A stretch of 64,000 nt of DNA, from the NCBI GenBank assembly GCA_963764725.1, contig CAVXTM010000001.1, positions 320,001-384,000 of the forward strand, in the 5' to 3' direction. The notes under the pieces are model-generated. The model did no database searches. It was not told where the DNA came from and worked only from the letters and a program-made list of their open reading frames with translations. Source of the stretch: an uncultured Gammaproteobacteria bacterium. Its GTDB lineage: Bacteria > Pseudomonadota > Gammaproteobacteria > JACCXJ01. Positions 23,516 through 35,190 of the stretch are shown here, piece by piece (positions within the stretch are counted from its first letter, which is position 1; every line of letters starts with the position of its first letter). The translations under genes and the position numbers were made by a program.

Positions 23516-24241
23516 TTATATATCTTTCCAGTACTCTTGTTTGAGCAAATACGCAATGGCCAAAAATACGGCGAGATATAACAACACGCCAATGCCTATG
23601 TTCTGTCGCAAGGGTTTAACAGGTTCCGCAAGATACGCAAGGAAACTGACTAGGTCTCGGACCATGGTCCTGTATTCACTGTCGGGCAAGCGGCCCGCGA
23701 TGGCCATCTCCAGGCTCAGACTATCACCTCGCTCTGCATTCTCGACCTGCTGAGCGAGCCGCTGCCACCCCTGATATTCCCATAATACATGCGGCATCGC
23801 GGTACCCCTGAACTCGAGGTTGTTAACGCCCGTCGGCCGGCTCGGGTCGAGATAGAACGAGGTTAGAAACGCAAACAACCAATCCGGGCTCCGCGACCGG
23901 GCGATTACAGATAAATCGGGCGGAACGACTCCAAACCATGCTTCCGCGTCCTCGGCCCGCATCGCGATCTCCATCGTATTTCCCATCTTATCAGTTACAA
24001 ACATCAGATTTTCAACCATCAGCGGCTCGGGAATACCCAGGTCGGGGGCAATTCTGGAAAAGCGCATATACGACGCGGAATGGCAACTCAGGCAATAATT
24101 CACGAATACTTTTGCCCCGCGTTGCAGGGATGCTTTATCGCGTATATCAATTTCAATCGGCTCCAAAGGCCGGGCCGCTTCGGCGAGGCTACACAAACCG
24201 AGTAGCGAAACACCGATGAACCCTAGAGCCGCTGTTCGCAC
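23516..24241 (-). CDS. petC: Cytochrome c1
   Basis: CLSCH heme motif, PPDLS, C-terminal TM and EYWKDI. Confidence 0.95.
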   Translation of the reverse strand: MRTAALGFIGVSLLGLCSLAEAARPLEPIEIDIRDKASLQRGAKVFVNYCLSCHSASYMRFSRIAPDLGIPEPLMVENLMFVTDKMGNTMEIAMRAEDAEAWFGVVPPDLSVIARSRSPDWLFAFLTSFYLDPSRPTGVNNLEFRGTAMPHVLWEYQGWQRLAQQVENAERGDSLSLEMAIAGRLPDSEYRTMVRDLVSFLAYLAEPVKPLRQNIGIGVLLYLAVFLAIAYLLKQEYWKDI

Positions 24242-24251
24242 TTCGCGGGCC

Positions 24252-25481
24252 TCAGCTCAAGCGATCTGGCACGGGCTTCGATTTATCCCACTTGGTATAA
24301 AACGGCATGAGCAGGAAAAATAGGAAGTACAACGTCGAGAAGATCCTGGCGAGCAAGGTATAAAGACCCGTTGGGTTTTGCGTCCCCAGATAACCCAGCC
24401 CGATAAAGCTGATCGTGAAGAGGGTCAAGGCCGTCTTGTATAAGGGGCCGCGGTAACGGATCGACTTGACTGGGCTTTTATCCAACCATGGGAGTAAGAA
24501 CAGGACTACGATAGCCAGTGTCATGGCGAGGACACCGAGAAGCTTATCCGGAATAGCGCGTAAGATCGAGTAAAAAGGTGTGAGATACCACAGCGGAGCA
24601 ATGTGCTCCGGCGTCACGAGCGGATTGGCCGGCTCGAAATTACTACTCTCCAAGAACCAGCCGCCCATCTCCGGTATGAAGAATACCACCAGCGCAAACA
24701 AGATCAGGAACACGACGATTCCGACGAGGTCTTTTACCGTGTAATAAGGGTGAAACGGGACGCCATCGAGCAGGATGCCTTTTGAATCCTTCCGGTACTT
24801 TATCTCGACGCCATCGGGATTATTAGACCCGACCTCGTGCAGGGCCAGGAGGTGAGCCACCACCATGCCGATCAGGACCAGGGGAACCGCAATGATATGA
24901 AACGAGTAGAATCGGTTCAGCGTAACGTCGGAAACTTCGTAGTCGCCCCGAATCCACAAAGCGATATCTTCGCCGATCACGGGAATGGCGCCGAATAGCG
25001 AGGTGATGACCTTGGCGCCCCAATAAGACATTTGCCCCCAGGGCAGGAGGTAACCGAAGAAGGCCTCGGCCATGAGCAATAAATAGAGTGTCATGCCGAT
25101 CAACCACAGAAGCTCGCGCGGCTGTTTATACGAGCCGTATAACAGTGCCCTGAACATATGCAGATAAATCACGATGAAGAACGCCGAGGCTCCGGTCGAA
25201 TGCATGTAGCGAATGAGCCAGCCCCACTCGACATCGCGCATGATGTATTCGATCGAAGCAAATGCCTGGCCGGCATCGGGTTTGTAGTACATCGCCAACC
25301 AGATCCCCGTGACAATCTGGATGAAGAGAACGAACAGCGCGAGCGAACCGAAGTAATACCAGAAGTTAAAATTCTTTGGCGCATAGTACTTCGCCGCGTG
25401 CTCGTTCCAGAGTTTGCTCAGCGGAAAGCGCGCGTCGATCCAATCGAGCAATCGCGACCGGCGCGTGCTACGGCTACTCAT
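24252..25481 (-). CDS. petB: Cytochrome b
   Basis: IMRDVEWGW, LPWGQMSYWG, PEHIAPLWY. Confidence 0.96.
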   Translation of the reverse strand: MSSRSTRRSRLLDWIDARFPLSKLWNEHAAKYYAPKNFNFWYYFGSLALFVLFIQIVTGIWLAMYYKPDAGQAFASIEYIMRDVEWGWLIRYMHSTGASAFFIVIYLHMFRALLYGSYKQPRELLWLIGMTLYLLLMAEAFFGYLLPWGQMSYWGAKVITSLFGAIPVIGEDIALWIRGDYEVSDVTLNRFYSFHIIAVPLVLIGMVVAHLLALHEVGSNNPDGVEIKYRKDSKGILLDGVPFHPYYTVKDLVGIVVFLILFALVVFFIPEMGGWFLESSNFEPANPLVTPEHIAPLWYLTPFYSILRAIPDKLLGVLAMTLAIVVLFLLPWLDKSPVKSIRYRGPLYKTALTLFTISFIGLGYLGTQNPTGLYTLLARIFSTLYFLFFLLMPFYTKWDKSKPVPDRLS

Positions 25482-26086
25482 GCCACGCCTTTCTCATCCG
25501 CCCCGATCACTAAGCGAATCGCACTTAGATATCGGTGGGGAGGCACGACAAGATTACTCGGGGCAGGGAACCCTTTCTCCACACGCCCGGCGAGGTCGAA
25601 CCGCGAACCGTGGCAAGGACAGAAGAAACCGCCTGGCCAATTCGCCCCGAGCTGCGATGATAACTCCGACGATTCCCCCGCGGGAACATAGGCCGGCGAG
25701 CACCCGAGGTGAGTACAGATTCCGATGAGCACCAGATATTCGGGCTTTATCGACCGGTGGTTGTTCGCCGCATAAGCGGGCTGTTGCGGCTCCTCGGAGG
25801 TAGGATCAACCAGTTCTTCCTGGTGTCCGCTGAGGGTCGCCAACTGCTCTTCTGAGCGACGCAGCACCCACACGGGCTTACCTCGCCATAGGGCCCGCAT
25901 CAACTGACCGGGTTTGAGATGGCTGATATCCACTTCGATGGGCGCGCCTTCGGCCAGCGTCTTGGCGCTCGGCTGCAAGGAAGCCACGAAAGGCGTTGCG
26001 GCCAATGCCACGCCCGTGCCGCCCACGACCGACGCCGCCGTGGTAAGAAATCGGCGTCGCTTGCAATCTACCTCGTCATCGCTCAC
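25478..26086 (-). CDS. petA: Rieske iron-sulfur subunit of bc1
   Basis: Tat motif RRRFL, CTHLGC and CPCHGS. Confidence 0.96.
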   Translation of the reverse strand: MSDDEVDCKRRRFLTTAASVVGGTGVALAATPFVASLQPSAKTLAEGAPIEVDISHLKPGQLMRALWRGKPVWVLRRSEEQLATLSGHQEELVDPTSEEPQQPAYAANNHRSIKPEYLVLIGICTHLGCSPAYVPAGESSELSSQLGANWPGGFFCPCHGSRFDLAGRVEKGFPAPSNLVVPPHRYLSAIRLVIGADEKGVA

Positions 26087-26173
26087 ATGCCATCTCCAAA
26101 TGCCTGGAAACCGTCGTTTAGATGAGACGAATTATACATAACCAACGCTGTTGTGGGGTTTCACAAACTAGGT

Positions 26174-27289
26174 TTATTCGCAGAGGTGCATTGTCAACAC
26201 CGCACAAAACGCCTCGTTTTCCTCATGCCGGCCGACCGTCACCCGTAGACAGTCCCCGAGGAGCGGATGCTGACCATTTAAATTTCTTACAAGTATGTTC
26301 TCGTGTCTAAGCCCATTGAATATCCGATCGGCCCGGCCGGGTATGCGTAGGAGCAGGAAATTCGTGCGGCTGGGCCACACCTGTAGGCCTCGCATCCCAG
26401 TGAGCGCTTGATAGAGCGCCTGACGTTCCGAACATATCTGCGCGATCTGGGCTGCGAACACCTCGGCGTGTGTGAGCATGAACGCGCCGCTCGCTTGTGA
26501 TAGAGAATTCATGTTGTACGGCAACCGGGTTTTACTGATCTCGGCAAGCCATTCGGGCGCTCCGATCAACATGCCGATGCGTAGGCCCGCCAGTCCGATC
26601 TTGGAAAGGGTACGGAGAATCAGTACTCGCGGGTGACGCGATAGCTCATCAAGGCAGGTTTCGCCAGCGAAACTAAAGTAGGCCTCATCGATCAAGACTA
26701 TACCGGGGCTTGCGGCAATGATCTCCGCGATGAGACCGCGATCAAAAAGATTTCCGGTGGGGTTGTTGGGATAGCTCAAAGCGACCACGGCCGGCTGCCG
26801 ACCTTGGATCGCGCTGAGCATCGCCGCGCCATCGAGATCAAAATTCGGGCTTCTCAAAGGCACTCCGACATACTCGAGGCCCGTGATCTTCGCGATCAGG
26901 CGATACATGGCAAACGTGGGTTCGGGCGCTACCAAGCACCGGCCCGGCCCTCCCACGGTTAACCCAACCATTTGGATAAGCTCATCGGAACCGTTACCGA
27001 GCAGCAGATCCAATCCCGAGGGCAGTTCCAGATAGGTCGTAAGGCGATCCTTCAAAGCGCGGGCTTCGCCGTCGGGATAGCGGTTCAGCAGGACATGGCG
27101 GAGAACCTCCAGCCACGCGCTGGTGAACTCCTCGGGCCAGGAGTAAGGGTTCTCCATGGCATCGAGCTTGATGCATCCGTGGGCCTGGGGGACGGTATAG
27201 GCTGCAAGCTCCCGCACTTCGGGGCGGACCCAATCGTCGATCCGCGCCGGCTTCATCGCCCCCGACGCTTGCTCGGTGCAGCGCTTCAT
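26174..27289 (-). CDS. hisC: Histidinol-phosphate aminotransferase
   Basis: KLDAMENP, GNGSDE, PNNPTG, RTLSK. ATG at 27289 is coupled to the hisD stop. Confidence 0.95.
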   Translation of the reverse strand: MKRCTEQASGAMKPARIDDWVRPEVRELAAYTVPQAHGCIKLDAMENPYSWPEEFTSAWLEVLRHVLLNRYPDGEARALKDRLTTYLELPSGLDLLLGNGSDELIQMVGLTVGGPGRCLVAPEPTFAMYRLIAKITGLEYVGVPLRSPNFDLDGAAMLSAIQGRQPAVVALSYPNNPTGNLFDRGLIAEIIAASPGIVLIDEAYFSFAGETCLDELSRHPRVLILRTLSKIGLAGLRIGMLIGAPEWLAEISKTRLPYNMNSLSQASGAFMLTHAEVFAAQIAQICSERQALYQALTGMRGLQVWPSRTNFLLLRIPGRADRIFNGLRHENILVRNLNGQHPLLGDCLRVTVGRHEENEAFCAVLTMHLCE

Positions 27290-28593
27290 CAGCGCTCGGG
27301 CAGGATGCGGTATTCGGCCGAACGGGCGTGCGCCGTAAGCCCTTCGGCACGCGCTAAAACGGCGGCCGTGCGGCCTAGCTTGCTTGCCGCCGCCGCCGGG
27401 CAAATGATCAACGAGGACCACTTCTGAAAATCGTAGACGCCCAGCGGCGATGAGAAGCGCGCCGTGCGGCCGGTCGGCAACACGTGGTTGGGGCCCGCGC
27501 AGTAGTCCCCGAGCGCCTCCGCCGCGTAGGGTCCGACGAAAATCGCACCCGCGTGCTTGATCTTCGGTACCCATTGCTCCGCATCCGTCAACGCCAGTTC
27601 AAGATGTTCCGGCGCGATACGGTTGGCGAGATCAATCGCTTCCTCGATGTCCCGCACCTTGATCAAAGCCCCTCGGGAGGACAAGGCCGCCTTGATAATC
27701 GAAGCGCGCTCCATCGCTGGGAGCTCACGCTCGATGCTCGCCGCGACCGCTTGTAAATACGACACATCGGGAGAGAGCAACAATGCCTGGGCTTGTTCGT
27801 CATGTTCGGCCTGCGCGAAAAGGTCCATCGCTATCCACTCGGGGGGCGCCGCGCCGTCGGCGACGATGAGCACCTCCGAGGGCCCGGCGATCATGTCGAT
27901 CCCAACCTTTCCGAACACCACCGCCTTTGCCGCGGCGACATAACTATTCCCCGGCCCGACGATCTTATCGACACGTGGGATGGTCTCGGTCCCATAGGCG
28001 AGCGCCGCGATCGCCTGCGCCCCGCCCACCGTGAACACCCGATCGACCCCCGCAATGGCTGCCGCCGCGAGTACGATCGGTTCGAGCTTGCCCTCGGGCG
28101 CGGGCACTACCATGACGATTTCGTTTACGCCCGCGATTTTGGCGGGAATGACGTTCATCAGAACCGACGAAGGATAGGCCGCCTTGCCGCCCGGCACGTA
28201 AACGCCGGCCCGATCCATCGCTGTCAGTCGCTGCCCCAGCACTGTTCCATCGCCCTCCCGATAGCTCCAGGAAGCCTGTTGTTGATTTTCATGGTAGCGG
28301 CGAATGCGGTCGGCCGCCGTCTCCAGGGCATCCCGTACGCGCGGCTCACAGGAAGCCAGCGCGTTGCGGAGCCGCTCGTTGGAGAGCGCGAGATCGCTCG
28401 GGCCAGCCACCGGGCGGCGGTCGAACTTAACAGTGTATTCGATGAGCGCGGCATCGCCACGCCGGCGCACATCGTCGACGATCGCGCGCACCCCCTCGCC
28501 GATCTCGCGGTCGGCTGAAGTATCGTGGCCTAAGAGAGCGCTAAGCTCATCATCAAACTGCGGGTCTGCCGTGTCTAGGCGTCGGATATTCAT
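27289..28593 (-). CDS. hisD: Histidinol dehydrogenase
   Basis: [35 protein letters not shown]. Confidence 0.97.
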   Translation of the reverse strand: MNIRRLDTADPQFDDELSALLGHDTSADREIGEGVRAIVDDVRRRGDAALIEYTVKFDRRPVAGPSDLALSNERLRNALASCEPRVRDALETAADRIRRYHENQQQASWSYREGDGTVLGQRLTAMDRAGVYVPGGKAAYPSSVLMNVIPAKIAGVNEIVMVVPAPEGKLEPIVLAAAAIAGVDRVFTVGGAQAIAALAYGTETIPRVDKIVGPGNSYVAAAKAVVFGKVGIDMIAGPSEVLIVADGAAPPEWIAMDLFAQAEHDEQAQALLLSPDVSYLQAVAASIERELPAMERASIIKAALSSRGALIKVRDIEEAIDLANRIAPEHLELALTDAEQWVPKIKHAGAIFVGPYAAEALGDYCAGPNHVLPTGRTARFSSPLGVYDFQKWSSLIICPAAAASKLGRTAAVLARAEGLTAHARSAEYRILPER

Positions 28594-28616
28594 AAGCAAA
28601 ACTCGTTAACGCTCAC

Positions 28617-29333
28617 TCATACGGCCAGCTTGCGATCCGTCGCGGTCTTATCCACCGCCTCCGAAAGCTCCGCGACGAGCGCCTTCACCGCGGTGTGTTT
28701 CACCTTCATCGCAGCTTTGTTGATTATCAGCCGCGCACTGATCTCCGCAATCGTCTCCAGCACCACCAATCCGTTTGCCTTGAGCGTGTTGCCGGTATCT
28801 ATTAAGTCCACGATGCAGTCAGCCAATCCAACCAAGGGCGCGAGCTCCATCGATCCATAGAGATGTATAACCTCGACCTGGTCCCCTTTCTGCGCGAAAT
28901 GCCGGCGCGTCGTCTGCACGTATTTCGTCGCGACGCGCAGCCGGCCGGCGCGCGGCAGAGGTTCGGCCTTCCCCGCGACCACGAGCTTGCAGCGTGCGAT
29001 ATCGAGGTCCAGCGGCTCATAGAATCCCTCGCTCCGGTATTCCAGCAACACGTCCTTTCCGGCGACACCGAGATCGGCGCCGCCGTAATTGACGTACGTG
29101 GGCACATCCGCGGCGCGCACGATCACTAGGCGTAGCCCTCGATCCTTGAGCGGGATCACGAGACTGCGCGAGGTCTCCGGGTCCTCTGCGGATTTGATCC
29201 CCATGCGATCGAGGAGGTTGCGGAACTCCGAGAGAATACGGCCCTTCGACACCGCGATGGCCAACGTCGATCCGCGATCGACGCCCCGAACGGGTCCCGC
29301 TTGACCCCTCAGTTCGATCATTGGATGTGCCAC
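28617..29333 (-). CDS. hisG: ATP phosphoribosyltransferase, short form (needs HisZ)
   Basis: [17 protein letters not shown]. Lacks the C-terminal regulatory domain. Confidence 0.94.
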   Translation of the reverse strand: MAHPMIELRGQAGPVRGVDRGSTLAIAVSKGRILSEFRNLLDRMGIKSAEDPETSRSLVIPLKDRGLRLVIVRAADVPTYVNYGGADLGVAGKDVLLEYRSEGFYEPLDLDIARCKLVVAGKAEPLPRAGRLRVATKYVQTTRRHFAQKGDQVEVIHLYGSMELAPLVGLADCIVDLIDTGNTLKANGLVVLETIAEISARLIINKAAMKVKHTAVKALVAELSEAVDKTATDRKLAV

Positions 29334-29339
29334 CCCTTC

Positions 29340-30632
<1,293 letters not shown>

Positions 30633-30682
30633 TCATCGTGACGTCCCCATTCAACCGAGACGGCAGGGTGAGACGCCCGACG

Positions 30683-30925
30683 CTACCGCGGCCTCGAGGC
30701 TGCCCACTCCTCGGGTGTGTAAGTGCGCATCGATAATGCGTGGATCTCGGTTTCCATTTTGGTCCCGAGACCGGCATACACCAAGCGGTGGCGTTGCAGC
30801 GCCGCGAGGCCTCCGAAGGCTGGACTGATGATGCACGCCTGAAAGTGCCGACCGTCACCGTCCACGATCGCTTGCGCGTGAGGGATCGCCGACTCGATAA
30901 GCGTTTTGATTTGTTGTGGCGTCAC
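30683..30925 (-). CDS. ibaG: BolA/IbaG family protein
   Basis: GDGRHF, RHRLVY, EIHALS, upstream of murA. Confidence 0.92.
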   Translation of the reverse strand: MTPQQIKTLIESAIPHAQAIVDGDGRHFQACIISPAFGGLAALQRHRLVYAGLGTKMETEIHALSMRTYTPEEWAASRPR

Positions 30926-31302
30926 GTTGCAACTACGCGTACGCTGTCCCGACCGCGTACTTCGGCCTCAGAGAACGCCTCGGCGGGCAATACCTTGTCC
31001 ACCCCGCAGATCTTGGCGATCGCCAGCATGCGCGCCGGGATGTTTTGAAATCGAACCGCCACCTTGTGCCGGCGGCCCTCCCGGGCCCAATTTACTAACA
31101 GCGCAAGCCCGACGCTGTCGATCCTTGCCACCGCTCTTAAGTCCACAACAACCGAAGAATCGGTGAACATCCCGGCGCCTCGATCGAGGATGCTTGGAAC
31201 CGTCCCGATGTCAACGTCTCCCGCCAGGGACCAACTTCCGTTAGCCTCGTGTGCGAGCGCTATCCCATCGCTGGAGTTACTTTTTTTCGTTCTTCGTTTC
31301 AA
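30922..31302 (-). CDS. mlaB: STAS domain protein MlaB
   Basis: VDLRAVARIDSVGLALL, follows mlaC. Start uncertain. Confidence 0.85.
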   Translation of the reverse strand: MKRRTKKSNSSDGIALAHEANGSWSLAGDVDIGTVPSILDRGAGMFTDSSVVVDLRAVARIDSVGLALLVNWAREGRRHKVAVRFQNIPARMLAIAKICGVDKVLPAEAFSEAEVRGRDSVRVVAT

Positions 31303-31882
31303 GACTCTTGATGAGGCTATCGATCCCCGATTTACGGATCTCGGAGGCGAACGATGCGCGATAGGTCGCCACCAAGCTTACCCCGTCCACCGAAACGTCG
31401 AATACTTTCCAGGCGTTGTCTTTGACATGCATGCGGTAATTAATGGGAACTACGGCGCTGCCAGGCTGTTCTATTTCAGTGCGCACGGTAACCAGGGTGG
31501 CATCCGATTCCGCCCGCACCGGGAAATAGCGTGTTTCACGATCGGCATACTCGAGGAGCGCCGTCGCATAGGTTTTCACCAGCAATTTGCGAAATTCCTC
31601 TATGAAACGTGACCGCTGCGCCGCATCGGCGCTGCGCCAATACTTGCCCAGCACCCACTGGGACATACGCGAAAAGTCAAAGTGCGGAATAATCAGTTCA
31701 TCGACAAGCTGGTGCAATCGCACCGAATCCTTGCGCAATACGGCACGTTCGCTTTTTACCCGCGCCGTGACCTGGTCTGCCGTGCGTTTCACTAGCTCTT
31801 CAGCGTCTTTTGCGACGGCCGCGAGCGCTAACGCGCACCACGCGAAACAGATAAAAGAGACAACAAGTCGGATACGCTTCAT
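31277..31882 (-). CDS. mlaC: Phospholipid-binding protein MlaC/Ttg2D
   Basis: Signal peptide, PHFDF, WKVFDVSVDGVSLVATYRASF. Confidence 0.93.
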   Translation of the reverse strand: MKRIRLVVSFICFAWCALALAAVAKDAEELVKRTADQVTARVKSERAVLRKDSVRLHQLVDELIIPHFDFSRMSQWVLGKYWRSADAAQRSRFIEEFRKLLVKTYATALLEYADRETRYFPVRAESDATLVTVRTEIEQPGSAVVPINYRMHVKDNAWKVFDVSVDGVSLVATYRASFASEIRKSGIDSLIKSLETKNEKK

Positions 31883-32407
31883 TGATGCCTAATCTCCAGC
31901 CTTACCGGTTTCCCGAGTCAGTGGCGTTCTATTCGTTCGTACCAAATCCTAGTCGACCTATCCCACAGGATCCGTTACCGCCGTTTATAAAATAGGCGCC
32001 CCCCCGTGTACGTGCAACCAATGGCCCGGGACCGGGGCTCCCGCGGTCGTTTAATGGCCACCTTCCGTGCGAACGTCGCGACGGATGCATGTAACACGGC
32101 CGGCGTTTTAACTCTTTCCTCTAGTTCGATTATGAATTTGAGATTGTACAGCAATCGATCCCGCTAAACCTCATACGTCCGCTTAACCCCGATAGCCTAA
32201 AGCGGGCTACAGTGAGCGCGCACTTTCAGTGACAAGTCGGCGTTCACAAGTCCGTGCGCAAGGTCGCGCGGCGCCACATCGAGGCTCAGAACCCCGTGGC
32301 TGCCGCGGCGCACAAGATGCGTCTCGACCGGCCACATTCCCTCTAACCGCGACGGTGGCCTACGCCGAACCACCTAGGATGCGAACTACCGCAGCTAAGC
32401 GTAGCGC

Positions 32408-32941
32408 CTAGGGCACTGACGGCGTATTCGGTTCGTTCGGAGCCGCGCCGCGAATGAGTTCTTTCGCTTGCTCCAATTTCATACGGTCCCAGGCTGAGAT
32501 GATGTCTTTCAAGCGCCCTACTGTACCGGCATCCATCTCCGTGAGATCACCCGACGCCGATTTTTGTGCAACGGTATCCTGTTCTGAACTCCGAGCCTCG
32601 GCGGCAGTTGAATAGGCCGCCGCGGTCTCGGCCTCTTCCTCAGCCGAAACCTCAAGGGCAGTCGTGGCGGCGCGCCTAGACTCTGCCGCTTGAAATGCTT
32701 GGCTTCGAAGCTCATCCCGTGTACTTTCCGGCACAACGACGGCAGTGTCGTCGATGGTCTTGCCTCTCTCAAAGACGAGTACGCGCGGCCCACCCTGCGG
32801 ACTCCGATACCAGGTGGGGGGGTTCCCGGAAAGTTGCGTGTTCCCAGAGCTTGGGTTGATCCATTGATACATACGCGCCTGCGCGGGTATGACGACGCAT
32901 AGTACGCCGGACAAAACAACGCATGCTGTTCGACTCTTCAT
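32408..32941 (-). CDS. Secreted DUF4124-like protein
   Basis: Signal peptide ending AQA, then MYQWINPSSGNTQLSGNPP resembling DUF4124. Start trimmed to ATG 32941. Confidence 0.65.
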   Translation of the reverse strand: MKSRTACVVLSGVLCVVIPAQARMYQWINPSSGNTQLSGNPPTWYRSPQGGPRVLVFERGKTIDDTAVVVPESTRDELRSQAFQAAESRRAATTALEVSAEEEAETAAAYSTAAEARSSEQDTVAQKSASGDLTEMDAGTVGRLKDIISAWDRMKLEQAKELIRGAAPNEPNTPSVP

Positions 32942-33123
32942 GTTCTCGACCCTGACCGCGGTTACCGCCAAGTATAGCACCAGTTTGCAATTTGCCCTTA
33001 TAAGTCCAGGCGTTGTTAACACAATGCCTTGACAGTGACCGATATCGATCTCAGGCCCATCGCCGCCGCTGAGGCAGCTGTCCCGCGTAAGCTCGTGATA
33101 GTATATACGCATGGCGGCCTACC

Positions 33124-33873
33124 ATGTCAGACTCGGCGTGGCACCTCGAGTTTAAGCAGCGCTTGATCGAGTGCCGGCGCTGTCCGCGCCTCGTCGCCTA
33201 CCGCGAACGGATCGCGCGCACCAAAGTCAAGCGCTTCCAAACAAGCGATTACTGGGGCCGGCCGGTACCGAGCTTCGGTGATCCTGACGCGCGCCTCTTG
33301 GTCATTGGACTCGCCCCTGCCGCACACGGTGGTAATAGGACTGGACGCATGTTCACCGGCGATCGCAGCGGCGATTGGCTTTATGACGCGCTTTACGGTG
33401 CGGGCTTCTCCAATCGGCCGACCTCAACGCACGCCAACGACGGCCTCGCGCTGCGCGACTGTTACATCACGGCCGCTATTCACTGCGCGCCGCCCGCAAA
33501 CAAACCCTTGGGCGAAGAATCCACTGCCTGCCGGCAGTACTTGTTGCAAGAGTTGCAACGTCTAGAAGAAGTACGCGCGGTCATCGTTCTCGGCCGCAGC
33601 GCGCTCAACGCTTATCTTAGCGCGCGCCGAGCGCTCGGGCTTCCGGTACCGTCACCCGTGCCGACGTTCGGCCATGCTCGCTACCACGGCATCGACGGCT
33701 TGACGCTCTTATGCTCCTACCACCCGAGCCAGCGAAACACTTTCACTGGGCGTCTCACCCGCGAGATGTTTCACCAAGTATTCCAGCGCGCACGCGCCGT
33801 GCTGGAAGTAGCGCCGCCGATCGGAAAAAGGGCGGGGCAAAACCCCGCCAAACACTCAACGCTGGGGGCTTAA
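33124..33873 (+). CDS. Uracil-DNA glycosylase family 5 (UdgB-like, Fe-S)
   Basis: CRRCPRL, GLAPAAHGGNRTGRMFTGD, CAPPANKP, YHPS. Confidence 0.92.
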   Translation: MSDSAWHLEFKQRLIECRRCPRLVAYRERIARTKVKRFQTSDYWGRPVPSFGDPDARLLVIGLAPAAHGGNRTGRMFTGDRSGDWLYDALYGAGFSNRPTSTHANDGLALRDCYITAAIHCAPPANKPLGEESTACRQYLLQELQRLEEVRAVIVLGRSALNAYLSARRALGLPVPSPVPTFGHARYHGIDGLTLLCSYHPSQRNTFTGRLTREMFHQVFQRARAVLEVAPPIGKRAGQNPAKHSTLGA

Positions 33874-34319
33874 CCCTGCACGGCGATTTTGCGCGGTTGC
33901 GCGCGTTCGTGCTTCGGGATCACGATTTCAATAACACCATGCCGGCCGGTCGCTTCGATGTGCTCCGCATCCACGGTATCCGGCAGGCTAAAGCGGCGGT
34001 AGAACGTCCCGCAGGCTCGCTCCACACGCTTGTAACCCGCGCGCACCTCCTCATTGTCCAATGTGCGCTGACCTTTTACCGCCAGCACCCCATTGTCCAT
34101 CGTGATTTCGATGTCTTTCGGATCAATCCCCGGCAGATCGGCGGAGAGTACGAACCGCGTATCCTCTTCCTTGATATCCACGCCCGGCATCCAGGTATTG
34201 GTGACTGCATTCGAGTTGTCGGCGTTGTGGCCAGCGCCGAAACGCGACGTGAGCATGCGATTCATCTCATTTTGAACTTGTTTCAATACGCTCCAAGGCT
34301 CATAGCGTGTCACTAACAT
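33870..34319 (-). CDS. Hsp20/alpha-crystallin small heat shock protein
   Basis: VDIKE, ADLPG, FYRRFSLPD, C-terminal IAV (IxI-like) motif. Confidence 0.94.
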   Translation of the reverse strand: MLVTRYEPWSVLKQVQNEMNRMLTSRFGAGHNADNSNAVTNTWMPGVDIKEEDTRFVLSADLPGIDPKDIEITMDNGVLAVKGQRTLDNEEVRAGYKRVERACGTFYRRFSLPDTVDAEHIEATGRHGVIEIVIPKHERAQPRKIAVQG

Positions 34320-34369
34320 AGTCTTTCTCCATCAAGCTTTCTTACCCGTCTTATGACGGCTTGGCGGAG

Positions 34370-34397
34370 ATATATAGCCGCTCTTGGGTATTTCAAG
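34370..34397 (-). promoter_or_regulatory. Possible sigma32 promoter of hsp20
   Basis: CTTGAAA-N13-CTATATAT on the minus strand, against consensus CTTGAAA-N13/14-CCCCATNT. The -35 is exact and the -10 is partial. Confidence 0.5.
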
Positions 34398-34471
34398 GGC
34401 GACGCTCCCTGCTTTTCTCGATGAAGCGGGCGCGTCCGGCGCAGCCCAACGCAGAAGAATCCTGCGCTGGT

Positions 34472-35116
34472 TTAGAGCCAATAGGCCGTGGTGGTCATCA
34501 CTTTCGAGACGGCCGTCATGAGCATTTTGATGACTTCAGGCAGATCCGCGGCGCCGGTCTCGATGGCGACCGTGGCATGGTGTGCTTCATCCCTTTTCAT
34601 CCGCTGCAGGATCGCGCGGCTGCGGATGTCGGCTGGCGGTAACTTGTGTAGGTGCTCGTCCAAGTGCCGAACGACCTGGCGCTCGGTCTCGGCGATGAAT
34701 CCGAGGCTCCACCGGTCACCCGCGATACCGGCGATGGCACCGATCATAAACGACCCAAAATACCAAAACGGATTCAAAAAGCTCGTGCGTCCCCCAAGCT
34801 CACGCAGGCGATCTTCGCACCAATAGAGGTGATCGTTTTCTTCGCTGGCCGATTTCGCCATCGTCTCCCGTACTAGCGGATCGCGGGCAGCAAGCGACTG
34901 GCCATGGTACAAGGCCTGTGCAGCCACCTCGCCCGCGTGGTTTATGCGCATGAGTCCTTCCGAGCGGAGGCGGTGTTCTTTCGAGGAATCGATCTCGCGG
35001 AGGTCGGTGCATGGCACCGGCGCCCCCGAGCTATCCTGAGCGCTGAAGACGGTTCTAATCCCCTTATCGAGATTGATCAGGACGCTATCGAGGGAAGAGT
35101 ATATGCGGCCTTCCAT
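34472..35116 (-). CDS. coq7: Demethoxyubiquinone hydroxylase Coq7
   Basis: MRINHAGEVAAQALY, ENDH, ETERQVVRHL, DEAHH di-iron ligands. Confidence 0.95.
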   Translation of the reverse strand: MEGRIYSSLDSVLINLDKGIRTVFSAQDSSGAPVPCTDLREIDSSKEHRLRSEGLMRINHAGEVAAQALYHGQSLAARDPLVRETMAKSASEENDHLYWCEDRLRELGGRTSFLNPFWYFGSFMIGAIAGIAGDRWSLGFIAETERQVVRHLDEHLHKLPPADIRSRAILQRMKRDEAHHATVAIETGAADLPEVIKMLMTAVSKVMTTTAYWL

Positions 35117-35190
35117 TATTATCGAGAGCGGATGAGGCTCGCGGGGATTCTAACATAGACATCTCACGGTCTGGCATTCCGCGATTGATG

